DNA of 64,000 nucleotides from an uncultured Planctomycetales bacterium (GTDB lineage Bacteria; Omnitrophota; Gorgyraeia; Zapsychrales; JAHFFX01): NCBI GenBank assembly GCA_964612665.1, contig CAZTCI010000001.1, positions 636,896 to 700,895 of the forward strand, read 5' to 3'. Shown piece by piece: positions 57,001 to 64,000 of this stretch (position 1 is its first letter; each line of letters starts with the position of its first letter). The notes under the pieces were generated by a model. It saw only the letters and a program-made list of their open reading frames with translations, ran no database searches and was not told where the DNA came from. The position numbers and the translations under genes were made by a program.

Positions 57001-60000
57001 CACTACGGAGGTTGTCCTTCCTTGCGACAGCCAATTTTAAGAATCCTTCGCGTGGGTTGTTTTGTGAGAGGAGGATTTTGTCCTCAGGATTCTTGATGAC
57101 ATCAAACCTCAATGCAGCATAAGGAACGAGCATTCCTCTATATTCATCATTACCAATTTTATCGACCTGGGCGATTGTTTGCGCGGCTTCATGCCAAGCA
57201 TCTTCAAGGGAAAGCTGGGTCTTACCTTCTTTAATACTGCGCAACACCATATTGTAGATGGGCGTGTAATGAATATTGCCTGCACCATTGATACTGGCAT
57301 TAGGATTGTATTTTAAAGAAAGGCTTTCATTTGGATTACCCATGTACTTAAACGCTTGGGCTTTATCAATGGCCATTAATCCATTGTCTGTTTTTAGAAA
57401 ATGACCGGGATGATCATCGTGATTTGACACCAGCCAATCCAAAACCTGCTCGCGGACAATCGTCCTCAGTTCCTTTTGAGATAAATGGCTGGGGAATGAT
57501 TCGCCATAACGATCAACCATATCCCACAAGGACCCATTGTTGTCCTGCCAGCGAACAAAGGAACCCAATTGATCATTCACGCGTCCGACGGTAGCATCCA
57601 TTGTTGTTGATAGTCCCATCCGGCTAGACAAAGAAGAAACAAATTCATCGACTAAAGCCCGATGAACCCGGTTTGCAGGATATTCTTTAAACATCCAAAC
57701 TGTTCCATTCGCGTCTTGATATTTATTGTGCGCGGTGCCGTCCATGCTGCCGGCCACAATGCCTTCTTGACCAATGGGCGTTAAAGAATTGTAATTGGGC
57801 ACAATCGAAACATAGTCTTTTACTGTTTTAAATGATTCGTTCTGAGCATCACTTGCCAACATCTGGGAAAAAGCTGATCTCTCTTCAGTCTTTGTTAACA
57901 CTGCTTGATCGCGCAGGTTTTCTTTTTGTTCTTTTCGTCTTAAAACTTCAGAAGCAGCCACGCCGGCCACTAATGGAACAGTTGAATCAAACGGAATCTC
58001 GCTTCGATCGGAATGATTAGGAACAGCTGGTTTTTCTGAAAAATTTTCATGCTCTACAGGTTCTAAATGAACTGTTTGGTTTTCCAAGTTTTGTAATGTC
58101 TCGCGAACTTCTGGTCCAATCTGACCATCCGCTTGCAATTTTGCTTTTTGTTTTTGGCTCTGGATTTCTTGAAATGCCACTACGACAGTCTCGACATTAC
58201 GATCAAAAATCCCTTTTTGTGCGCTATTCTTGGCTTTCTCGACGATAGCGAAAGCATCTTCTGCTTTTATTTCATAGGGTTTACCTGTAAGAGCGTTCAC
58301 TTTACCGGCAAGATTAGCTACCGCCTGCGGCGCATTCATCTGAGCAATAATCCGCGGGACCACATCTTTGACCTCATCCCCTTTATCACCATAACGAAGC
58401 ACAGGGATTGCTTGGTCAACGTGAATTGGAATAGGTTGAGGCGCAGGCTGTTCTTTGATGACTTGTTCAATCTTGGGCGGAGCAATGACCTCTGGCTGTT
58501 TCACTTTTTGATCGCCGGCTAAAAGGGCCATTCCTAAACCTAACGCGGCGACCCACTTCTTTAAAGCATTTGGTTTGGGTTGAAGAAGCTTTGCTTGTAA
58601 TTCTTTAATTAAAATCTTAGTCGGAGGCGGAAGGTTAAAATCCTTGGTCCCAAATTTAAACTCCTTTATACTTAGATCAATCGGCACAGACTTAAAATCA
58701 TTTGACTTAACTAATTCTTTAATCGATGGTTTAATTTCAAAATTAGTTTTAACCTCCTCAATATTCAAATTTATATCTTTTAATAAAGAATTCAGGTCCG
58801 ACGAGAACCCTCGAAAACTCGGCATAGTCTTTTTAATGTCTAAATCAATGTTCCCCAAAATTTTCTCGAAATACTTTGGACCTTTCAAGTCTTGTTTAAT
58901 CTGGTCAGAAAAATTAGTCATGACCAAACCAGTCACCGTATCTTTATGCTCTTCAAGTCCTACGACTTTTTGTAAAACAGAATGGCTAATCTCAAAGGCG
59001 CGGTCCATATCCATACCCTGAAAGATGAGTTCATTGGCAACTTGATTAACCACGTGATCATATTCGATTGCGCCATTCACAAAATTGAGCTGATGCCAAT
59101 GGGCCATCATCTGGTCTTCCGGATTGGTCAATTCTATTTGATTGTTTGCGGCAGAATACTTAATAGGATGAGATAAAACAACAGGAGAATTTCCTTCTCC
59201 TTCCATAATGCCAAGCAAAGTGTCTCCATTAGTTAAGGGTTTCTTGGAAGCATCGCCATCAATATGAGAACGAACTTGGTTTCTCCACGTCTCAGGAGAA
59301 ATCTGAGGTAAAAATTCCGGATTAGAACTGGATATTACCAGGCCTTCTGTCTGTATTTGAGGGAATTGATTTTTGAAAATGGCCTGCATCATTAATGGAA
59401 ACGTCTTATAGCCGGTATCAACAAAACGCACGCGGGGTCTTTGATCATAACCTAGTTCTTTCACTTCCGTTACAATTTGATCAATGGCTTTATCAAAACC
59501 CCGAGGTTTGGTCTGATCATTTTTATCAAAAATCGCCTGGCCTAAAGCTTTCAAAAATTCTTGAGAATCATTGTACTGGATAGACAATTGATTAATCTTT
59601 TCACTGACCCAAGAATAATTTTGACCTCCCAAACTATCTCGGCTGATATAGTGCAATCCAGTGCCTGCCGCTTCTGGCGCATGGTTTAAATCAGTCAAAG
59701 TTTGCTGCACAGTATAGGCCAGCCCGCCATCGCGAGGAAAAGCGACATTATAAAAATCGCCTTTGCCATTATGGACGCCCTGTTCAGCGAGCCACGTGGC
59801 AAAAACCATGGCCAGTCCTTGATACGGAGAACCTTTTTGGGCTTCTGCTTCAATTTTTTGTTTAACATCCACCAGCACCTGTGAAGGGGCCGCTATTGCT
59901 ACAGCTTGTGAAGAACCACCTTGCTCGACGGAAATTCCCTGGTCAGCAAATTTTGGCAATAATTCATCAGTCATCTTTTCAGCTGCTCTCAACATTGTCT

Positions 60001-63000
60001 GGCGGCCGGGTATCTTGTCACTGCGTGCCTCATTCAATAAAATATCAACCGCTCCCGTTCTCTTAATTTCTCCCCAATACAAATCTTCGAGATGTTTTTG
60101 TTGGACAGCTGGAGGAATAGACCTAGTGCCGATAGCTATGGCACCCTCTTGGCCCGAATACTTTTGGATTGCTTTATCATGAAAATCACTCAGAGTTTTA
60201 ATGTCAGCAAGATCACCACCCACCATGGCACCAAAAATCTGTTTGTAAACTTCAAAAAGATATTGCTTTGTATTTTCCTGAAGAGCCTCGTGCTCAGAAT
60301 TTCTTATCGGGTTATTGTTTCGATCGGAGCGGCGGTCATCGTCGGCTAAGATTGCGCTGTCGGTAAAGCGCGGGGTTGTTAAGAAAGTTTGTGCTGGATG
60401 ATTTAAAGTTTCAGACGGTCCAACGAGTTCGGCGCGGTTTAGATTGAGACGTGGCGTTAAGGTGGAGGCTGTTGTTGCTGGGGCGGATTCTTCGTCGCGA
60501 AGCATGGCGTTGTCGGAGGCAGACGACCTGAGTTCCTTCGCAACATCGGGAGTTGATGGAGAATTATCAGCGACATTTATTCTTGGCGAATTTGCGCTGG
60601 GATTGTTTTGGTTCGCCTTCTCGATAACTTGGTTAAGCTGCTCTCTTAGCTCTTTCTCCAGCAAATCAGCGTTTCTAGTCACATAAGAGCGGCGATCTTT
60701 CATAAATCTGAAGCTGGGCTTAAGAACAATATCTCCGCGATGATATCCGTTTCCTTCCTGCATAACAACCATCACTTGAAGTATGTCGGAATAACCAGCA
60801 TCTCCGACGGAGCGGACCGCCTCGACGGCATTTTCGATATTGTCTTTAGTTACAAATTCGCGAACTTCAGATGGCTTCAACTGTTCAACAGGAACAACAT
60901 TTAGTTTTTGAGATGCATAGGCGGGGTTTCCTCCAGTATCAACCACACCATAAAACTTTGGCCCCACTCCAAGACGGTCATAAACTGCGGCACCTTGGAC
61001 TTTATTATTGAACCCGGCAAGACTCGTCTTCCAACCATCTTCTGAAACAGGATTGCCTAAAACCTCAACATGAACCGCTTCATTACCTATCCGGCCTTCA
61101 TAAACTCCAACCGTTATGCCCAAATTTTCATCTCTTGATTCCTGACGTAAGCCAGTCAATTCTACGGGAGCACGTTCATATTTCGCGGTTTGCGACTGAT
61201 ATCTAGTTTTCAAATCGTTTGGAACGGATGAAAAACCTCGATATTGAGACGATAAGTTCGACGTATTATCAATAAAGGGGGGTTTGGTCTCCGTCTTTTT
61301 TGGTTCGACCAATGGCGCTGGTTGACGCTCTTGTTGTGCGAAAGCTTGTTTTTCCGCTTGTGCCTCATCCATTCCTTCCTCAAATAACCGTACATTAATC
61401 TTTTTATATCCGGCGTCGTCTAATCTTTCTCTAATCTTTGAAACATCGCCGATATCATGAACATAAACATCGGTTACATATCTAAAATTAAGTTCTTGAC
61501 CAAATCCTTGTTCAAATCTGCTTTTGTGTTCCGATGGAAGAACTCTTCGTGAAAAACCAAACACAATAGGTACATCATTTGATTTTAATTCTGTTCTCTG
61601 TTGTTCATTTAAAGTTTCAAGCGTTGCTAATGACTTTTTAAGACGGTCTAATTTTCTGTCTTTGACCTCTCTGTCAAAAATATCTTCTGGTTTTAATTGA
61701 TCTTTCTCGACTTGTACTTTTGCAATCTTTTGTTTCAGGCTATCAATATCAAAATCATGTGCCCGCGCGGCATATCCTTTGGCCTTAGAAAATTCTTCCG
61801 TAACATAAATTGTCTTTGAATCTGTTGGATCGGCTGAAACGAACTCACCGCTAAAGATAGGCTCTCCATCTTGCAGTAGCCGATCACCACTTTTAATTTT
61901 TCCGGTTTTTAAAATTTGATCGAGACCGTTAATCGTTGTCCCATGATAATAAATCGGAATTGGTGTTTCGGAACTCAACCGAGCTTTTAAACGAGTTTCA
62001 ATATCTGTTTCCCTTGATTCAATCGCACGGTAAGTTCTCGACTCGATTCTCGACGGGGCGGATTCTTGGTCGCGGAGCATGGCGTTGTCGGAGGCAATCG
62101 GGCTAAGACTTCTAGCTGCCATGCTTGGTTGCACGCCGTTAACCTTTTCAACTTCCGATATTGAAGACGCATTTCGGCTTCTTAGAAAATCTTCGACGAC
62201 TGGATTTATTCCCTTCGGGAATGCCGTCGGCCCACCGCCGCCGGTCGTTTTGTTTTCTAGTTGATCATTCCACTGAGATGTTACGGTGGCTTTATCGTCG
62301 AGAGTTTGTGTTTTGATGATATCATTTAAAGAATTCGCAATGTCTCTATACGCGCTTCTCTTTAAAGCCGGGGCTTGATCAATGATTACGCTCATGTGTG
62401 AAGCATTGGCTAAAAATTGATGTAAAACGGTTGAACGCAGACTGCTTTTGGTTTCATTTAAAGCCCGTTGTGAATCAGCTGACGATAACCCATCATTGAT
62501 CAAAATTTGCGGATTATTCTCAGCCACCGCTAAAATAACTTTTAATGTCCTCGCTGTAAGCGTGCTATCTCTTTGACTTCTCAGTTCAAGAAAATGACGC
62601 TGAATCGCAGGCTCCGGTCTTAAATCCGGATGATTTAATCTTTCTCCGGCCTCTCTCTTTTCTACAATCCGATCAATTAAAGTTGAGACAGCAACTGAAT
62701 CACTTCTACCTGCGGCAGTCTTTAACATTTCTGGAAGAACTACTCTCTTAAACTCACCTAAACCAACTGATTCTCTCGCCCATCTAACAAAGGCTTGACC
62801 TTCACCATATTCGGGAAGATATCCTTGATCGTACGGCGTTCGCACCGAGCGTTTTTGTACGGATTTTGCGGTTTGATTAAAAACAGGATCGTTATATAAC
62901 CGTCCCAAATAATTAAGCGCAAAAACAGAGAAATCCTCCGGTATTCCTTCTTGCACAAACTTTTTCCCTTCAGCAGAAAAATCATTACTACGGAAAATGC

Positions 63001-64000
63001 CCTGGAAACTCATCGCGTGAGCATACTCATGTAAAGTCGTCCACAAAATTCTTCGAAAAGTCATATCCATCTTAACGATAACTTTAGCCGCCGCACCACC
63101 TGCCATTAAAGGTAAAGGCTTTGTAGTTCCTCCAGCATTTTTATATTCTCTGAATAACGTAATTTCTCTCATTTGGCGATCATGGGCACTATATGGTTGT
63201 TTCATAATAAATTCTTCGGTTCTAATTATCTCATCCACAAATTCCTGAGCATCTCTCGCCATGACTGTATTCACCTGACTGCTTTGTATCGGTTTCCCAA
63301 AATATCTCTCTCCAGGCCCGCCCGCCGCAAAGACAGCGTCGGCAAAATTGGCCAGCGGTCCGTTATTGGGCGTTCTCCAAATCGGTGCGTCAACAAAAAC
63401 AGCCTGGTAAATTTTCATTCTTTGCTGATTGGTATAGTAATTAGAAAACATTGGCTGATCAAAGGCTCCTTGTAAAACAATATTTTCAACCGCCTCTCGT
63501 GCCTCATTTTCATTAAAATTATATTGATTAACCAATGTTTGTCTTAAATTGATTGCGGCCTGTGATTCTTTATCCCCAACAACAACTTTCATCATAGCCA
63601 TTACTCGTTCATATTCATCTTGTCTGACGTAAAAACTGTTTTCCATTTCACTAAGATGAGGAAGGGACGGATGGAACTGTAGTTCGTTTCTTAAATCGCT
63701 TTGCGCGGCCCGGACACCTTGAGCGGTTTGTTCCGTCGTCTCAAAACCAAGAGTGTTTGTTATTAAAGCCGCTCCGCCCGTGTTCTCCTTAATCACGCTA
63801 ATTTGACGATCAAAAGAACTTAAAATTTGTTGAACGGTTGAATTTCTTTGCATGTTCTCTTGAATATTAGGTAATATCGCCTGAACATCCGGATTAGTTT
63901 GCGCTTGAGCATTAATGACAGGTAAAGCTTTGGCCACACCGTCCTGGATTATTAATGATTTCAGATCTTCAAGTTGATTAATACGATGAACACCCTCTTG
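1..64000 (-). CDS. Giant multidomain ORF, partial at both ends (at least ~21,300 codons visible). Probably a giant membrane-anchored multi-enzyme protein combining helicase-like ATPase, two SAM methyltransferases, an M50-like metalloprotease, an SLT lytic transglycosylase and a GHKL ATPase with several repeat arrays. No function assigned.
   Basis: Hand translation of the minus strand in one frame (codon low coordinate ~2 mod 3; ATG 36127..36125 is in frame). It gave protein-like sequence with no stops at every spot checked. Positions checked (approximate): 1-60, 9.6k, 9.9-10.4k, 13.6k, 22.0-23.1k, 26.6k, 29.8-30.0k, 31.8-32.2k, 36.0-36.6k, 37.45k, 39.5-40.1k, 43.7-47.2k (continuous codon-level read), 49.0k, 51.6k, 53.5k, 55.0k, 57.4k, 58.5k, 59.5-60.1k, 63.8-64.0k. 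TGG is used for Trp, so the standard code applies. The ORF track contains no ORF over 229 aa on either strand, as expected if this frame has no stop inside the window. A continuous read-through of 36127 down to 1 also met no stop, though that read was fast and less reliable. Confidence 0.8.
480..770 (-). repeat. Trp-rich amphipathic peptide repeat (period 222 nt / 74 aa), part of a larger helical repeat region at the start of the window
   Basis: The nucleotide motif attgaatcgcatcaagaatttgcaa at 494-518 recurs as attcaatcgcatcaagaatttgcaa at 716-740. Translation is '...LQILDAIQWTQEYLRWWAN...' and '...LQILDAIESAQESLQWWSD...'. Shadow ORFs 365..556 and 695..877 both contain 'NRIKNLQ'. Confidence 0.6.
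4800..7700 (-). other. Additional TM-helix-rich region (several hydrophobic helices)
   Basis: Hydrophobic 20-25 aa runs in the read-through, for example 'LLVGLIAFAILALLIRYIAL', 'IFPFLIAFIAFIQILMISKGLGMGTVISMAIGAAVF', 'ALVVAFLTGLMQVTMAAFLLVISR' and 'LSIFVAIIFISVGWMMI'. This part was not verified codon by codon. Confidence 0.35.
9621..9659. repeat. 39 bp direct repeat, copy A (gttggcgaatgttcttttaaggcgaggtatttgcggagg), in-frame, encoding ...SLRKYLALKEHSPT...
   Basis: Near-identical (37/39) to 10689-10727. Both copies lie within the giant ORF and encode the identical 13-aa peptide LRKYLALKEHSPT. Shadow ORFs 9399..9704 and 10596..10853 both contain 'VGECSFKARYLRR'. Confidence 0.8.
9980..10420 (-). 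other. Class I SAM-dependent methyltransferase domain (copy 2; Methyltransf_11-like)
   Basis: Verified codon-level translation 'ACVQKEAFLRPDIFGPTLVNIGAGLSIFGERSLRFNPKV...SFKLMVKPDTIPLDNEVADTALMAFTLHHVDVPLEEYLREVRRVIRRGGRLVVLEDTFSN'. Motif I GxG is around 10296-10318. Post-II is 'PLDNEVADTALMAF'. Motif III 'RRGGRLVV' is around 10040-10065. Confidence 0.6.
10689..10727. repeat. 39 bp direct repeat, copy B (gttggcgaatgttcttttaaagcgagatatttgcggagg), in-frame, encoding ...PLRKYLALKEHSPT...
   Basis: See copy A. The two copies bracket the 1,029 bp segment that contains the second SAM-methyltransferase domain. Confidence 0.8.
11000..16700 (-). other. Large polytopic integral-membrane region (many predicted TM helices, aromatic-rich; possibly transporter or synthase-like; unassigned)
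   Basis: The fast read-through shows successive 18-25 residue hydrophobic segments separated by short loops. Examples are '...FGVALIIFSRIWNWNN...', 'LPIIVIILLILKALNLPADIVWTVLATVALIW', 'IMLIILSWSIFGLFLLPW' and 'FLFLHYFSSIFALALGILLPAG'. The + strand shows matching A+T-rich, c/a-rich composition. The spot check at 13.6k was verified. Confidence 0.45.
13498..13860 (-). repeat. Three tandem ~120 nt units encoding repeated TM hairpins ('...GLGLIIFSRILNNP...IARWFGWIIFVGGLL...')
   Basis: Nucleotide units of the form 'ggccatataataaa[gt]cttaccaataatcc.cc...atccaacc...' recur three times between 13498 and 13860. Verified translation is 'FGLGLIIFSRILNNPTAIR'. The shadow ORF 13572..13871 (+) shows the same threefold periodicity. 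Confidence 0.7.
21950..25200 (-). repeat. Tandem array of at least 7 copies of a ~110-125 aa repeat domain carrying an (E/K)(E/K)[FYL][FI]GGG...G[ST]FF[IL]...G.IYLKG motif (period ~340-420 nt). Domain family not recognised.
   Basis: Verified translations 'KKIGMSLPKEFIGGGVVHSDKGSFFIP' (23093-23140), 'KEFIGNGLIYPDHGTVFIS' (around 22390-22440) and 'LDSKFIGYGAIHTKYGTYILTEE' (around 22040-22095). Related units are visible at the nucleotide level around 22765, 23455, 23870 and 24240 (ccgccgatgaattc / gccgccgaaatat / gccgccaataaat / ccgctgccaatcaattc). The + strand shadow ORFs 22422-24478 mirror the periodicity. Confidence 0.7.
31800..32250 (-). other. Lytic transglycosylase domain (SLT, family 1, PF01464-like)
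   Basis: Verified codon-level translation 'KRLMLALIKYESDFVVNAVSPTGARGLMQITKGTWKDFAPAGWSFDEAFNPLRNVFVGSNIFADRLRLAEKSLLSLRGEASPIEVIKLAVSTYMTGPAYNYIPE'. It shows the catalytic E-S motif, GLMQI, and a downstream AYN motif. The GLMQI codons are around 32060-32075 and the ES codons around 32125-32130. Confidence 0.75.
36040..36127 (-). other. Internal Met (ATG 36127..36125) followed by a hydrophobic TM or signal-anchor-like helix. Possible module boundary; not a demonstrated start.
   Basis: Verified translation 'MNQDSLSSNHLHLNWGIVVSVFGVWAVLAVAGVNHEEATLKLDGANEKEQAEEFFKELL'. The same frame stays open and protein-like upstream for at least 450 nt ('...LINTVNYQ|MNQDS...'). This ATG is therefore internal unless there is an undetected stop. 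Confidence 0.4.
36450..38750 (-). repeat. Ala/Val/Ser/Thr-rich low-complexity region containing an internal duplication of period ~409 nt
   Basis: Translation is rich in A/V/S/T/N, for example '...SGSSNGAWNKFLRSLQASVSIKQLIEGVAAK...' and '...SASSSGNWNKLLIALAVKLVNVLSS...'. The nucleotide units 37468-37507 and 37877-37916 are clearly related. The two largest + strand track ORFs (37197..37616 and 37713..38402) are antisense shadows that mirror the same duplication ('LFQFPLELALARTS' versus 'LFQAPFELPLAWT'). Confidence 0.6.
38750..39340 (-). repeat. Pro/Gly/Ala-rich low-complexity linker (includes GGSGGGGNNDG and a PxxP-rich run)
   Basis: Translation '...ATMPASPSMNVSPTLAPNVPANENLRLPNAMPEGIVPTAPKLLP...GELPDEGNGGSGGGGNNDGRTPPAPGPSSGAPTEQ'. 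The compositional bias is also visible on the + strand as ggcgg/gccgcc runs at 38.77-38.83k. Confidence 0.5.
39480..40060 (-). other. HExxH zinc metalloprotease domain resembling peptidase family M50 (site-2 protease-like), embedded in hydrophobic helices
   Basis: Verified translation 'FHSYGLKGLAIIAGSALLHELGHQFMVVRYGLTPTE', with HELGH at 39890-39904. A second motif 'FITANFGLAALNRLPLGVTD' lies about 115 aa downstream at around 39545-39575. It matches the M50 'NxxLAxxNLLPxxPLDG' pattern. Hydrophobic segments flank both motifs. Confidence 0.5.
43990..44900 (-). other. P-loop NTPase domain, SF2-helicase / SecA-DEAD-like (Walker A and DExD-like Walker B)
   Basis: Verified translation. Walker A 'NIAVAPNAAGKTLAEAMAAFAFM' is at 44821-44856. 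The DEAD-like motif II 'GVTILDEADDLLLLE' lies about 145 aa downstream at 44396-44416. A possible motif III/'GATAN' follows further downstream ('MFGGRGAVIGATANKAGARAIM', around 43780-43850). The segment 'EM.TGEGKT'-like to 'AGKTLAEAMAAF' resembles SecA or SF2 motif I. Confidence 0.5.
47060..47620 (-). other. Class I SAM-dependent methyltransferase domain (copy 1; Methyltransf_11/12-like)
   Basis: Verified translation. Motif I is '...DTYLDVGGGPGSYTAVSAVKGAKTIYLDKS' (around 47523-47552). Post-II is 'IPLADNSVNKLSVIDLFKWISD'. Motif III is 'EFVRVVRPGGLMYVRYD' (around 47101-47125). The motifs appear in the canonical order and spacing. Confidence 0.6.
53380..53750 (-). other. GHKL-type ATPase domain (HATPase_c-like; histidine-kinase/MutL/Hsp90 superfamily)
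   Basis: Verified codon-level translation '...QGNALVIEVTDNGKGISNRVWNNLVENETTSKSEQYGARIGGMDRGLFEYGQ...'. The DNGxGI (G1 box) is encoded around 53573-53596. The Gly-rich G2-like GGMDRGL is around 53491-53515. Spacing and motif order match the Bergerat fold. Confidence 0.5.
57300..57460 (-). other. Possible kinase-like catalytic motif (PI3/4-kinase, HipA or ePK-like 'HxDxxxxN ... D[FI]G/IDxxxAF')
   Basis: Verified translation 'HDDHPGHFLKTDNGLMAIDK(AQAF)' around 57362-57420. It resembles a catalytic loop plus metal-binding motif, but this is a single motif only. Confidence 0.2.

Noticed and set aside
1-64000. Alternative genetic code (e.g. UGA recoding as in Mycoplasma, SR1 or Gracilibacteria) as an explanation for the absence of long ORFs in the track
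   Set aside because: Standard-code translation of one minus-strand frame is continuous. Trp is encoded by TGG and no in-frame TGA/TAA/TAG was met at any sampled site. The lack of long ORFs in the track is explained by the absence of any stop in that frame inside the window.

Overview
The whole 64 kb window appears to lie inside one uninterrupted giant protein-coding ORF on the minus strand. It runs off both ends of the window, so at least about 21,300 codons are visible. The coding frame places the lowest + coordinate of each minus-strand codon at roughly 2 mod 3; for example, ATG at 36127..36125 is in frame. I read this frame by hand at more than 20 places spread across the window. Standard-code translation is protein-like everywhere checked, uses TGG for Trp, and I met no in-frame stop.

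The supplied ORF track has no ORF longer than 229 aa anywhere in 64 kb. That fits a single frame with no stop inside the window, which a stop-to-stop ORF caller cannot report. Every ORF in the track is therefore an antisense or alternate-frame shadow. There are no intergenic regions, promoters, terminators, tRNA/rRNA genes, CRISPR arrays or transposases to call.

The giant protein is a mosaic. The modules below run N to C, that is, from high to low + coordinate, with coordinates in kb; domain coordinates are approximate.
- 53.5: GHKL/HATPase_c-like ATPase motifs (DNGKGI ... GGMDRGL).
- 57.4: kinase-like motif HDDHPGH..DNG..IDKAQAF (weak).
- 47.1-47.6: class I SAM methyltransferase (YLDVGGGPGSY ... 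RPGGLMYV).
- 44.0-44.9: SF2-helicase/SecA-like P-loop NTPase (APNAAGKT ... ILDEADD).
- 39.5-40.1: HExxH zinc metalloprotease resembling M50/site-2 protease (HELGH ... LAALNRLPLGVTD), set among hydrophobic helices.
- 38.75-39.3: Pro/Gly-rich linker.
- 36.45-38.75: Ala/Val/Ser/Thr-rich low-complexity region with an internal ~409 nt duplication.
- 36.1: internal Met followed by a TM helix.
- 31.8-32.2: SLT lytic transglycosylase domain (KYESDF...GLMQITKGTW...AYN).
- 21.9-25.2: tandem array of at least 7 copies of a ~110-125 aa repeat carrying an (E/K)xFIGGG motif.
- 11-16.7: large polytopic membrane region, including three tandem ~120 nt units encoding TM hairpins at 13.5-13.9.
- 10.0-10.4: second class I SAM methyltransferase, flanked by two near-identical 39 bp in-frame direct repeats at 9621-9659 and 10689-10727.
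- 4.8-7.7: further TM-rich regions.
- 0.49-0.74: Trp-rich amphipathic repeats.

By eye the GC content is around 40-45%. My interpretation is that this is a fragment of a giant multi-enzyme membrane-anchored gene. It recalls two things: giant genes reported in uncultivated lineages such as Omnitrophota, and the polyvalent helicase + methyltransferase + zincin-protease + lytic-transglycosylase proteins of conjugative elements and phages. It is far larger than the polyvalent proteins described so far. All domain calls rest on short motifs I read by eye and need HMM or structure-based confirmation.
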